From Faecousia sp. (GTDB lineage: Bacteria; Bacillota; Clostridia; Oscillospirales; Oscillospiraceae), in assembly GCA_045601675.1 (NCBI GenBank), contig JAZSAB010000004.1, forward strand, positions 1 to 48,217: a DNA stretch of 48,217 nucleotides. The letters run 5' to 3'. The position numbers were made by a program, and so were the translations under genes. Below the pieces are notes generated by a model that was not told the DNA's origin, made no database searches, and saw nothing but the letters and a program-made list of their open reading frames with translations. This document shows positions 27,202-36,616 of the stretch, in pieces. How positions within the stretch are numbered: position 1 is the first letter of the stretch; every line of letters starts with the position of its first letter.

Positions 27202-27231
27202 ATTATACCTTTTTACCGGTTCTTTTGTCAA
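27202..27231 (-). promoter_or_regulatory. SigmaA promoter of the SPFH-ATPase operon
   Basis: Minus strand TTGACA-N18-TATAAT. Confidence 0.7.
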
Positions 27232-27303
27232 GAAAACTCATTATTAAGAATCCGTAAATACGGAAAAACCGGGACGGCAAAACCGTCCCGGAAAGTTTCT
27301 TTT

Positions 27304-28097
27304 TTACTGAAAAGCCTCAGGGCAAAGACCTGCAGAAATAAAGTCGTCGTTGCGGACCATGCCACCGCCAAAGCCTGCGGTGCGCATGTATTTCCAGGTG
27401 GGATCCACCTCTTGCGCGATAGCGCCTACTTCTTTTCCCATATCCTGCAGGATCTGTCCGTCGGGGGCAACGATCATGGAGCAGCCGCCCTTATCGTCAG
27501 TACCCATAGAATAGGAGGAGCGGGCAACATAAGCATTGCAGCGGAATGCCGTCAGCTTTGCCTGGGCGCGGATGATGTCCGTCCGCTCCCCTCTCTGGTA
27601 GCCGGGGATCAAAATGATGTCCGGCTTTTGGGATGCAAGATACTCGATCTGCTCGTTATAGTACACATCGTAGCAGGTCATAAAGCCGAAACGGATGCCG
27701 TCCAGGTCGCAGGTGCAAGTGCCGTCGCCACGGGTCATACCGAGTGCCACCTCAGAGGGTGGCAGATGGATCTTATCGTAGACGAAAGCGGTATTTCCCG
27801 CTTTGTCGTAGAGATAGGTGCTGTTTCTAAGCTTTCCGTCCCGCTCTTCCAGCACATTGACGGCAACATAAATGCCATTTTCCCTTGCGATCTGCGCTCC
27901 GCGGCTGCGCATTTTTCCGCACGGGGCAGGGCTGCGCGCTCTGCGTCCGGATCAGAAAGACCGCCAGCATTGCTGTACTCCGGCAGGACCACAAGACCCT
28001 CTTTCACTTTTGCCGCTTCCTCCAAAAGAAAATCGGCGATATAAACATCCGGTGTCTCCCCCGCAAAATAAAGGGGCTGCAAAACTGTAATTTTCAT
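27304..28097 (-). pseudogene. Carbon-nitrogen hydrolase (nitrilase family) split by a 1-nt frameshift in an A5 run
   Basis: The 5' frame has VVLPEY and the 3' frame has YDKIHL and FMTCYD (E-K-C triad). GAAAAATG at 27910-27917 restores the frame if the run is A6. Confidence 0.8.
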
Positions 28098-28098
28098 T

Positions 28099-28977
28099 TT
28101 ATACCTCCACGCCTAAGAAGCGCTTTGCAAGGATACCAACCACAAAAGAGATCACCGCAACGCCGATGCTGATGGCTGCCATCTCCAAAAAGCGGGTGCC
28201 AAAAGGCTGGTCAAGAGCTACGGAAGTGTAGTATGTAAAGCCGGCGATGATCAAAACAATAATAAAGAGCATACAAACAAGGGCGGGAATATACTGAGCA
28301 GCGCCGAAAAGCAGATACGGCAGGATCAGCAGCACCACCGTGATAAGATATGCGATGCCCGTATAGGAGCAGGATTTCAGCGCATCGGTTCTTCCCTCGC
28401 TTTTGGCGGAAAGGAACTCGCTGGACGCCATGGAAAAGGTGGCGGAAATTCCCACAATAAGTCCGGAAAGGGCGATCAGCCGGGTATTCTGCAACGCGAA
28501 GGTAAAGCCTGCCAGGCTGCCGGTGAGCTCCACCAAAGCATCGCTCAGTCCCAAAACCATACTGCCCACATAGTGCAGCTGCTCCTCGTCCAGCATTTTA
28601 AGCAGCGCTTCCTCGTGCTCGATTTCCTGCTGGCGGATCTGGGCGCTCTCCTCCACCTCTTCGGCAAGGACCGCGTACTCCAGCTGGGCGTTTCCCTCAC
28701 CCTTTTCCATCAGCTTCACCGCAAAGGTAAAGCCCAAAAACCGGGCAATCAGAGTGAAGAAAAACACCTTTCTCCTCTGGGGTTTCATTTCGATATCTGT
28801 GTATTTCTTCCAGATCTCGTAGTGCGCAAATTCCTCCTTTGCCAGGCGACGGAGGGTCTTTTTGTTCTCCTCCCCCTTGGCAAACTTGGCAATATTCTTG
28901 TAGATCGCACTTTCGGTCAGCTCGCCCTGCTGCATTTTTCTAATGATCGCCAGGGCTTTTTCCGATAGTTTTTCCAT
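28099..28977 (-). CDS. VIT1/CCC1-family transporter with N-terminal ferritin/rubrerythrin-like domain
   Basis: EEFAH and EIEHEE di-iron-like motifs, VLGLSDALVE, SMASSEFLS. Confidence 0.85.
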   Translation of the reverse strand: MEKLSEKALAIIRKMQQGELTESAIYKNIAKFAKGEENKKTLRRLAKEEFAHYEIWKKYTDIEMKPQRRKVFFFTLIARFLGFTFAVKLMEKGEGNAQLEYAVLAEEVEESAQIRQQEIEHEEALLKMLDEEQLHYVGSMVLGLSDALVELTGSLAGFTFALQNTRLIALSGLIVGISATFSMASSEFLSAKSEGRTDALKSCSYTGIAYLITVVLLILPYLLFGAAQYIPALVCMLFIIVLIIAGFTYYTSVALDQPFGTRFLEMAAISIGVAVISFVVGILAKRFLGVEV

Positions 28978-29021
28978 AACGCACCTCCAGAAAGGTCTTT
29001 TTGTCATTATAACACTCATAT

Positions 29022-29053
29022 AAAAAAAGGCAACCCAGCGGGTTGCCTTTTTT
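29022..29053 (-). terminator. Intrinsic terminator after upp
   Basis: A7-GGCAACCC-AGC-GGGTTGCC-T6. Confidence 0.8.
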
Positions 29054-29057
29054 GTCC

Positions 29058-29699
29058 TTATTTCGTTCCGAACAGACGGTCGCCGGCATCGCCCAGACCG
29101 GGCAGAATGTAGCCGTTTTCGTTGAGGCAGCGGTCCAGAGTGGACACATAGATATGCACATCGGGATGTGCCTCTGCCACACGGGTAACGCCCTCAGGTG
29201 CGCCGATGACGGCCATAAACTTAATGTGCTTGCAGCCATGCTCTTTCAGCTTCTTGATGGCATCGCAGGCGCTGCCGCCGGTAGCCAGCATGGGGTCGAC
29301 CACCAGAACCAGCTTGTCCTCAATATCCTTGGGGAGCTTGCAGTAGTACTCGCAGGGCTCCAGGGTCTCCTCGTTGCGGTACAGGCCGATGTGACCTACA
29401 CGGGCGGAGGGAAAGAGCACATGGACGCCGTTTACCATACCCAGACCTGCGCGCAGGATGGGAACGATGACGACCGCATTGTCCTTGACCACATGCTGGG
29501 TGCAGACCTCCAAGGGGGTCTTGACCTGCTTTTCCACAGTGGGAACGCCCTCTCTCAGGCACTCGAAGGTCATCAGCGTGGTGATCTCCTCCACCAGCTC
29601 ACGGAACTCCTTGGTGCTGGTGTTCTCATCACGGAGGATAGCGACCTTGTGGTTAATAAGGGGGTGATTGAAAATCGTTACATTTTCGTAGTTCTTCAT
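29058..29699 (-). CDS. upp: Uracil phosphoribosyltransferase
   Basis: [37 protein letters not shown]. Confidence 0.97.
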   Translation of the reverse strand: MKNYENVTIFNHPLINHKVAILRDENTSTKEFRELVEEITTLMTFECLREGVPTVEKQVKTPLEVCTQHVVKDNAVVIVPILRAGLGMVNGVHVLFPSARVGHIGLYRNEETLEPCEYYCKLPKDIEDKLVLVVDPMLATGGSACDAIKKLKEHGCKHIKFMAVIGAPEGVTRVAEAHPDVHIYVSTLDRCLNENGYILPGLGDAGDRLFGTK

Positions 29700-29712
29700 T
29701 TTTATCACCTAA

Positions 29713-31092
29713 TTACTTGTTCTTCTTGAACTTGGTCAGAACGACATTAACGATGATGCCCAGGATCAGAGCGCAAGCGATGGTGGTCAGGGTGACCTTG
29801 CCGATGGAAAGCGCCATGCCGCCGATGCCGGGGATCAGAATTGTGGAAACGGTGAAGAGGTTTGCATTGTCCTCCAGGTCCACCTTCTGGATCATCTTCA
29901 GGCCGGAAACAGCGATGAAGCCGTAGAGGGTCACACAGACGCCACCCATAACGCAGCCGGGGATGGAGTCAAGCAGAGCAACGAAGGGAGATACGAAGGA
30001 AATGAGAATTGCAATGATAGCGGTACAGGTAATGGTTGCCACGGAAGCATTCTTGGTGATAGCAACACAGCCGACGGACTCGCCGTAGGTGGTATTGGGG
30101 CAGCCGCCGAAGATAGCGCCTACCATGGAGCCAACGCCGTCACCCAGAAGGGTACGGTGCAGACCGGGATTCTCCAGCAGATCTCTGTCGATGATGGAGG
30201 ACAGGTTCTTGTGGTCTGCGATGTGCTCAGCAAACACAACGAAAGCAACGGGAGCGTATGCCACAGCAATGGTGGCAATGTAGCTGCCGTTTACTTCCTT
30301 GAGACCCTTGATGGCTTCCAGGAAGGTAAATTCGGGAACTGCCAGGAAGGTCTTAACGCCAACGCCGCCTTCCACAAGGGCTGCAAAGGGAGCAAAGTCA
30401 ATCACCTTGAGAGCATCCACACCGGCAACATGACCGATAATGGTGAAGATCAGCGCTACGCCATAGCCAGCGCCAACACCGATAATGAAGGGGATCAACT
30501 TAACCTTCTTGTTGCCATAGGTAGCGGCGCAAACGACTACCAGCAGGGTGACCAATGCGCAGATCAGGGAAACCCAGATGTTGCCGGTCATCAAAAATGC
30601 GCTGCCGTCTGCGTTCTTAGGACCGTAGGAGAACATGTCGTTCACAGCTGCGCTTGCCAGGGAAAGACCGATCAGCGCAACGGTGGGTCCAATAACGGCT
30701 GCGGGCATCAGCTTATTGATCCAGTTGACGCCAACAAGCTTAACAACAATGGCGAGGACCACATAAACAAGGCCTGCAAACACCGCACCCACGATCAGGC
30801 CCAGGTAACCCAGGCTCATGGACACGCCGCCTGCAAATGCTGCAAGCATAGAGCCGATGAACGCAAAGGAAGAACCCAGGAACACGGGGCTGCGGAACTT
30901 GGTGAACAGCTGATATACGATGGTGCCAACGCCTGCGCCGAACAGAGCAGCAGACAGAGACATGCCGTTGCCAACGATGCCGGGAACCGCGATGGTCGCC
31001 GCCATAATTGCCAGCAGCTGCTGGAAAGCGAAGACCAGCATCTGATTAAACTTAGGCTTGTCTTCAATGTCGAAAATAAGTTTCTTTTCCAT
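29713..31092 (-). CDS. uraA: Uracil/xanthine permease (NCS2)
   Basis: FLGSSFAF, AEHIADH, PNTTYGES signature. Confidence 0.9.
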   Translation of the reverse strand: MEKKLIFDIEDKPKFNQMLVFAFQQLLAIMAATIAVPGIVGNGMSLSAALFGAGVGTIVYQLFTKFRSPVFLGSSFAFIGSMLAAFAGGVSMSLGYLGLIVGAVFAGLVYVVLAIVVKLVGVNWINKLMPAAVIGPTVALIGLSLASAAVNDMFSYGPKNADGSAFLMTGNIWVSLICALVTLLVVVCAATYGNKKVKLIPFIIGVGAGYGVALIFTIIGHVAGVDALKVIDFAPFAALVEGGVGVKTFLAVPEFTFLEAIKGLKEVNGSYIATIAVAYAPVAFVVFAEHIADHKNLSSIIDRDLLENPGLHRTLLGDGVGSMVGAIFGGCPNTTYGESVGCVAITKNASVATITCTAIIAILISFVSPFVALLDSIPGCVMGGVCVTLYGFIAVSGLKMIQKVDLEDNANLFTVSTILIPGIGGMALSIGKVTLTTIACALILGIIVNVVLTKFKKNK

Positions 31093-31206
31093 TGTGAAAC
31101 CTCCAAAACTTTTTTGGCAAATGATTTTGCCCTATCTTTTACATCTTACCACATCTTCATAAAATGTTCAAACTTTTTTCTACTAAATTCGACGGTAATA
31201 ATTACC

Positions 31207-31239
31207 AAAAAAATCTCCGCCTTTTTGGCGGAGATTTTT
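31207..31239 (-). terminator. Intrinsic terminator
   Basis: AAAAAATCTCCGCC/GGCGGAGATTTTT. Confidence 0.75.
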
Positions 31240-31240
31240 G

Positions 31241-32101
31241 TTATTTTGTGTAGGCATCCAAAATGCAGCTTGCCGCCCAACGGTTGCTTTCCGGGGTATA
31301 ATGAACATTATCCTCCATAAAAATGCCGTTTCCCTTGGAAACTGGGTCAAAAAACGGAGCTTTCCGAATATCAAAAAACGAAATATCTTCATTTTCTTCC
31401 ACAAGGGAGAGAAATACTTCGTTGATATACTCCATATTTTTCTTAGCCTGTCCGGTGGGATCAAAAAAGTCCATCCGCTCCGGGCAGTAAATGCCGTGAA
31501 GAACCACGGGACAATCCGTGAGGATCTTCCGGAACGCGCCGAAGATCTCCCGGTAAATGCCTGCAAGATCTCTGCGCAGCATCGCCGGGTCTTCCACCGT
31601 ATCTTCCTCGCCGCCCCGCCAGTGAAGGCCTATGATCTCATAGTCCTTTCCCATATCCCGAAAGCTCTTGTCCAGCAGGGAAAGGATGTGGCAGGTAAAA
31701 GAAAACAAAGAAATATCCGCTACCCCCAGCTTTCCGGGGATCAGCTTTTTCTCATACCGGGGATTCCACATATATTTTTCTGTAACGCCCTGGGCGCCGA
31801 TAGCGATCTGTACGATATAGAGGTCCGGCCGCGCTTCTCCCCCGTCAATCCGGTCCTGCCACTGCCGCGCCAGGCAATTTGCCAGAGAGTAGGTATGGTC
31901 CTGCTCTTCGCCCAGGTTCATTCCGCTGCTTTGGTATCCGCTCCAGGTAAGCTTCTTTATATCAAAGGACTGGTTAACCTTTCTGTGCAGACCGAAGACA
32001 TTTTTAAGGGGTTCGATTATATAATCCTCTTTCTCCATTGGTATGCCGTGTCCCACAGCGTTGGACTGACCGAGCAAGATAAATACTGCTGCCTTTTCCA
32101 T
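31241..32101 (-). CDS. SGNH/SASA-like carbohydrate acetylesterase
   Basis: FILLGQSNA, HWRGGEED, DNVHY; start MEKAA. Confidence 0.75.
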   Translation of the reverse strand: MEKAAVFILLGQSNAVGHGIPMEKEDYIIEPLKNVFGLHRKVNQSFDIKKLTWSGYQSSGMNLGEEQDHTYSLANCLARQWQDRIDGGEARPDLYIVQIAIGAQGVTEKYMWNPRYEKKLIPGKLGVADISLFSFTCHILSLLDKSFRDMGKDYEIIGLHWRGGEEDTVEDPAMLRRDLAGIYREIFGAFRKILTDCPVVLHGIYCPERMDFFDPTGQAKKNMEYINEVFLSLVEENEDISFFDIRKAPFFDPVSKGNGIFMEDNVHYTPESNRWAASCILDAYTK

Positions 32102-32242
32102 ATCTGCGCTCCTTTTTCTTAATAGGAACACTGTATCACAATTTCTAAGCGAGCGCAAGAATCTCCCGGATGCTTATTTACAAATTTCTTTTTTTCCTAT
32201 ATTATAAATGTAGTACATACTTTCCGAAAGGAGTATCTTCCT

Positions 32243-34639
32243 ATGAAAGCTTTTACAAAGCTGTTTGCCGCGCTGCTCCTCATTGCCGCGCTGCTCACCT
32301 GTGGAAGCCTTACTGCAAATGCAGCGGAGGATCCGATCGCTCTGGTGGAGGGAGGCAACTATACCATCATTGCGGGACAGCCCGTCAATTTTTACTGCCC
32401 CGATCCGGATAACGGCATACACTACACCTATTGCTACTGGAGAAGCACTGACAGTTCCGTGTCCTTCGAGTATGACAGCAAGACAAAAACCGCTGTGGCG
32501 ACCGGCAAAAAGGCCGGCACATATACCATCAGCGCAGCTCTGGATAACTACCGGGATGCCGAAAAAACCGTTTCCGCCACCGTGACCATCTTGGACCATT
32601 CCGTTCCGGTGATCACCCAGCAGCCAAAAAGCTTAGGTGTTCCTTTCGGGGAAGAGGCAGAGGTCACCATAGAAGTGGACTGCCCGGTTTCCGTAAGCTG
32701 TCAATGGTATTACAAATACCCCGGTGAAACCGAATTTAAATACGACTACTCCGAAACTTATAGAAGCTACGATTGGACCATCTATGATTCCAATTCCGGT
32801 ATGCAGGTCTACTGTGAGGTAACCAACGCCTACGGCACCACCGTCAAAAGCGACATTGCAACCCTGACCCGGTTCGAGATCACTGACGAGCCCGTCGGCG
32901 GTTTTGCCGGGACCGGAAAAAATGCCACCACCACGGTCACCGCTGTGGGCGAGGGACTCACCTACCGATGGTATGCCAAGGCTCCCGGCGGAAAGAGCTT
33001 CAAAAAGACCGACTGCACCTCAGCTACCTATTCCCTTTCTATGAGCAAAAAGCGCTCCGGCACGGAAGCCTACTGCGTCGTCACCGACAAGTACGGCAAC
33101 ACCATCCAATCCCGGACCGTCTACCTCAGCCGGCTTGCCATCACCAAGCAGCCGAAGGACACCTATGTGGCTGAATACAAGGATTTTACCCTGTCCGTAA
33201 AAGCCGAGGGTGAGGGGCTGACCTACAGCTGGCACTATTGCGACCCCGGATCCACCCGGTTTTATAGCTGTGGCAGTACAGCTTCCTACACGAACACTAT
33301 GTATGATTGGCGCTCTGGGCAAACCCTCTACTGCTGGGTCACTGACAAATACGGCAACAAGATAAAATCCAACGAAGTGAAGATCAGCCAGTTGGGGATC
33401 AACACCCAGCCCACCGGAGACTGCGCCGCTTCCGGCAAAACCGTATCCACCTCCGTCAGTGCTCAGGGCACAGGTCTTAAATACCAGTGGTACGTAAAGG
33501 ATCCCGGTGGAAAGTGGAAAAAGTCCTCCACCAAAACAAACACCTACTCCTTCAAGATGACCAAGTCCAAATCCGGACGGCAGGCCTACTGCGTCATCAC
33601 AAACAGCACCGGTCACAGCATTAAAACCAAGACCGTAACCTTCAGCCTGCTAACCGTAAAGACCCAGCCGAAAAATGCAACTTCTAACATTGGAAAAACC
33701 TGCTCCACCACCGTCCGGGTCACAGGTACAGGACTTAAATACCGGTGGTATGTAAAAGATCCCGGCAAGGAAAACTTTACAAGATCCTCCGTCACCAAAG
33801 CCACCTACTCTTTTAAGCTGACCAAGGCAAAGTCCGGACGGCAGGCTTACTGCGTCATTACCGACAAGTACGGTAACTCCATCCAGACAGAGACCGTCAC
33901 CTTGAAGCGGAAGGTAACGGTAAAGATCACCGATCAGCCCACCGGCACAGCGGCAAGTACCAAAGAGAAAGCAACTGTCACCGTCACCGCAAAGGGCGAC
34001 GGACTCAAATACCAGTGGTATGTCAAAGATCCCGGTAAGAGCAAGTACTCCAAATCCTCCGTAACCGGCAACACCTATTCCTGCACCATGACCAAGGCCA
34101 GGGCAGGACGGCTGGTTTACTGTGTGGTAAAGGACCAGTACGGCAACAAGGCGAAAACCAAAACCGTACGACTGACCATGATCAACATTTCCAAGCAGCC
34201 GGAATCCGTTACGATAGACGCGGCAGGAAAAGTTTCCACCTCCATCAAGGTCTCCGGCAAGGGCATGAGCTACCGGTGGTATGTGAAGGACTACAATGAA
34301 AAGGAATTTACCAAATCCTCTGTCACGGGAACTTCCTATTCCTGTAAGGTCACCAAGGACGCGCCCAGCCGCCAGGTCTACTGCGCCATTACCGACAAAT
34401 ACGGCAACACCCTCCAGTCCAAAACCGTTACCCTTAGCATCAAGCGGGGCAACTCCGGCAACGCTCTGTTTGACCGGGAAGACTGCTGGAGCTGCGGCGG
34501 CGACGGTCGCTGCAACACCTGCGGCGGCAGAGGCGAGGTCTATAAGTGGATGCCCGGCACAACAAACTATGTCTATGTCCGCTGCACAAACTGCAGCGGT
34601 GGAAAATGCCGGACCTGCTACGGCACGGGTTACCGTTAA
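32243..34639 (+). CDS. Secreted protein with seven Ig-like repeats and a C-terminal Cys-rich CxxCxGxG domain
   Basis: Signal peptide ending ANA; repeats IxxQP...GxGLxYxWY...YCxxTDKYGN; tail CWSCGGDG, CNTCGGRG, CTNCSGG, CRTCYGTG. Confidence 0.85.
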   Translation: MKAFTKLFAALLLIAALLTCGSLTANAAEDPIALVEGGNYTIIAGQPVNFYCPDPDNGIHYTYCYWRSTDSSVSFEYDSKTKTAVATGKKAGTYTISAALDNYRDAEKTVSATVTILDHSVPVITQQPKSLGVPFGEEAEVTIEVDCPVSVSCQWYYKYPGETEFKYDYSETYRSYDWTIYDSNSGMQVYCEVTNAYGTTVKSDIATLTRFEITDEPVGGFAGTGKNATTTVTAVGEGLTYRWYAKAPGGKSFKKTDCTSATYSLSMSKKRSGTEAYCVVTDKYGNTIQSRTVYLSRLAITKQPKDTYVAEYKDFTLSVKAEGEGLTYSWHYCDPGSTRFYSCGSTASYTNTMYDWRSGQTLYCWVTDKYGNKIKSNEVKISQLGINTQPTGDCAASGKTVSTSVSAQGTGLKYQWYVKDPGGKWKKSSTKTNTYSFKMTKSKSGRQAYCVITNSTGHSIKTKTVTFSLLTVKTQPKNATSNIGKTCSTTVRVTGTGLKYRWYVKDPGKENFTRSSVTKATYSFKLTKAKSGRQAYCVITDKYGNSIQTETVTLKRKVTVKITDQPTGTAASTKEKATVTVTAKGDGLKYQWYVKDPGKSKYSKSSVTGNTYSCTMTKARAGRLVYCVVKDQYGNKAKTKTVRLTMINISKQPESVTIDAAGKVSTSIKVSGKGMSYRWYVKDYNEKEFTKSSVTGTSYSCKVTKDAPSRQVYCAITDKYGNTLQSKTVTLSIKRGNSGNALFDREDCWSCGGDGRCNTCGGRGEVYKWMPGTTNYVYVRCTNCSGGKCRTCYGTGYR

Positions 34640-34665
34640 TCCCCAACAATATAAGGAGTATTATT

Positions 34666-35574
34666 ATGTCCGATATACTGATCCGCGCCGGCAGTTTTAT
34701 CTTCATTATTCTATTGGGATACTTTCTTAAATGTATCGGCTTTTTCAAAAAAGAGGACTTTACCATCCTCTCCCGGATCACGCTGCGCATTACCCTGCCC
34801 GCCACCATCATCACAAGCTTTGCGGGTATGACCATTGAGCCTGCCCTGCTGACGCTGGCTTTCCTGGGTCTCGGCTGCGGCGTGCTTTATGCGGCCATCG
34901 GTTTTTTGATGAACCTGAAGCGGTCGAAAGAGCAGAGAGCCTTTGAAATGCTCAACCTGCCCGGATACAACATCGGCTGCTTTGTGATTCCCTTTGCCCA
35001 AAGCTTCCTGGGGCCCCTGGGCGTTGTTGCTGTCAGCCTTTTTGATACGGGTAACGCCGTGATCTGCCTGGGCGGCACCTACAGCGTGGCCAGCATCGTA
35101 AAAGACGGCGGAAAATTCACCGTCAAGCGCATCCTTCGCGCCCTGGTCACCTCGGTTCCTTTTATGACCTATATGATCATGCTGGCGCTGAACCTGACCC
35201 GTATACAGCTTCCGGGTTTCCTGCTTTCCTTTGCTTCCACCGTTGGAAACGCCAGCGCCTTTATGGCAATGCTTACCATCGGCGTCGGCTTGGAGCTGCG
35301 CATGGAAAAGGACCAGGTGAGAACCGTTATCCGGCTTCTTTCCATACGCTACGGCGTGGCAACCGTCCTTGCCCTGCTTTTCTACTTCTGTGTCCCCTTC
35401 CCCCTGGAAGTGCGGCAGGCGCTGGTGATCTTGGTGTACAGCCCCATCGGCTCTGCAGTTCCCGGCTTTACGGGGGAAATAAAGGGCGATACGGCGCTCT
35501 CCAGCGTTCTCAATTCCTTCGCCATGGCAATCAGCATCATCATTACCATCCTTCTTCTCTTTGTAATGCTATAA
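34666..35574 (+). CDS. AEC (auxin efflux carrier)-family transporter
   Basis: About 10 TMs, ITLPA, GYNIGCF; start MSDIL with AAGGAG SD. Confidence 0.85.
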   Translation: MSDILIRAGSFIFIILLGYFLKCIGFFKKEDFTILSRITLRITLPATIITSFAGMTIEPALLTLAFLGLGCGVLYAAIGFLMNLKRSKEQRAFEMLNLPGYNIGCFVIPFAQSFLGPLGVVAVSLFDTGNAVICLGGTYSVASIVKDGGKFTVKRILRALVTSVPFMTYMIMLALNLTRIQLPGFLLSFASTVGNASAFMAMLTIGVGLELRMEKDQVRTVIRLLSIRYGVATVLALLFYFCVPFPLEVRQALVILVYSPIGSAVPGFTGEIKGDTALSSVLNSFAMAISIIITILLLFVML

Positions 35575-35611
35575 AAAACCACGGGTGCAAAAACGCACCC
35601 GTGGACTTTTT
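35573..35611. terminator. Bidirectional terminator
   Basis: CCACGGGTGC/GCACCCGTGG flanked by A and T runs. Confidence 0.75.
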
Positions 35612-36128
35612 ATCTTCTGCCCCGGTATTCCTGCTGCAGGATCTGCGCCATCTCTTCCGGCGTTTCCCGGCAGCCGTCTGCCAGCCACATCTTAACGATC
35701 GCGTTGAAGCCGTTGCGGAAAAACTCGATATGATACTTGAGAAATTTCCCGTCCAGCTCCTCCGCTTGTTTGACATCGTAAATGGAAATCAGATGCTCGC
35801 TTTCATAGCACAGCTTAAAATAGGTCTTGTAAAACAGCTGATTTTCCTTGATGTGCCGGAACATCCGCAAAGCGCCGCTACTTTCCTTATCGGTATCGTA
35901 ATCCGAAAACAGCTCAGAAAACTCTTCCTCCAGGGTCCCCCGCAGCTTATCCGCCAAATCATAAATATCTATAAAATTGGCATAAAAGGTGCTGCGGTTC
36001 AGCCCCGTCATCTTGCAAATGTCCGAAACAGAGATCTCCTTGATCTCCTTTTCCTGCAGCAGCTCCACAAAGGCTTTCATAATTTTCTGCACCGATTCTC
36101 TGCGGCGCTTATTGTTCTTTGTATTCAT
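35610..36128 (-). CDS. TetR/AcrR-family regulator
   Basis: ISVSDICKMTGLNRSTFYANF HTH; start MNTKNN. Confidence 0.9.
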   Translation of the reverse strand: MNTKNNKRRRESVQKIMKAFVELLQEKEIKEISVSDICKMTGLNRSTFYANFIDIYDLADKLRGTLEEEFSELFSDYDTDKESSGALRMFRHIKENQLFYKTYFKLCYESEHLISIYDVKQAEELDGKFLKYHIEFFRNGFNAIVKMWLADGCRETPEEMAQILQQEYRGRR

Positions 36129-36144
36129 CCTTCCTCCATTATTC

Positions 36145-36224
36145 CAACACTTGTTGCAAAATTGATGATTGTTTCTTCCGGATGGAAACAGTATACTACA
36201 TTTGCAATAAGCAAACAAGTGTTG
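36145..36224. promoter_or_regulatory. Two putative TetR operators in the divergent intergenic region
   Basis: CAACA-CT-TGTTG (36145-36156) and AAACA-AG-TGTTG (36213-36224). Confidence 0.55.
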
Positions 36225-36247
36225 TTTTAATGAAAGGAGCATTTTTT

Positions 36248-36616
36248 ATGAAAAAAAGCAGTTTTGTAGCATTGCTTCTGGGAACTGTCGGCGGTGTCCT
36301 CTTTGCCCTGGGTATGTGTATGGCGCTTCTTCCCCAGTGGGAGGCCTTTACGGAAGGCGTTGTTTTCGGCGTGGCAGGTCTTGTGATTGGCGCCGTTACC
36401 GCGATCATCTGGTGTAAGATGGAAGGAAAAAAGCTTCCCAAGCTCAATGGAAAGACCGTCTTCCGTATCGTCTTCGGTGTCTTAGGCGCACTGGTCCTGG
36501 GTCTGGGCATGTGCATGTGCCTGGTTTGGCAGCAGATCGTTTGGGGCACTTTGGTCGGTCTTTTGGGCATCGTTATGCTGATCGCGCTGATTCCCATGAT
36601 CAAGGGCATCAAATGA
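36248..36616 (+). CDS. Small 4-TM hypothetical membrane protein
   Basis: Internally duplicated GMCM motif; start MKKSSF with AAAGGAG SD. Confidence 0.75.
   Translation: MKKSSFVALLLGTVGGVLFALGMCMALLPQWEAFTEGVVFGVAGLVIGAVTAIIWCKMEGKKLPKLNGKTVFRIVFGVLGALVLGLGMCMCLVWQQIVWGTLVGLLGIVMLIALIPMIKGIK

Noticed and set aside
31093-31206. Expected PyrR attenuator upstream of uraA-upp
   Set aside because: No AGTCCAGAGAGG-like PyrR loop or leader terminator seen; the leader is short.
32600-34440. Recurring DNA motifs such as GACAA(G/A)TACGGCAAC as a possible CRISPR array
   Set aside because: They are degenerate coding repeats of Ig domains with a ~260-bp period inside an ORF.
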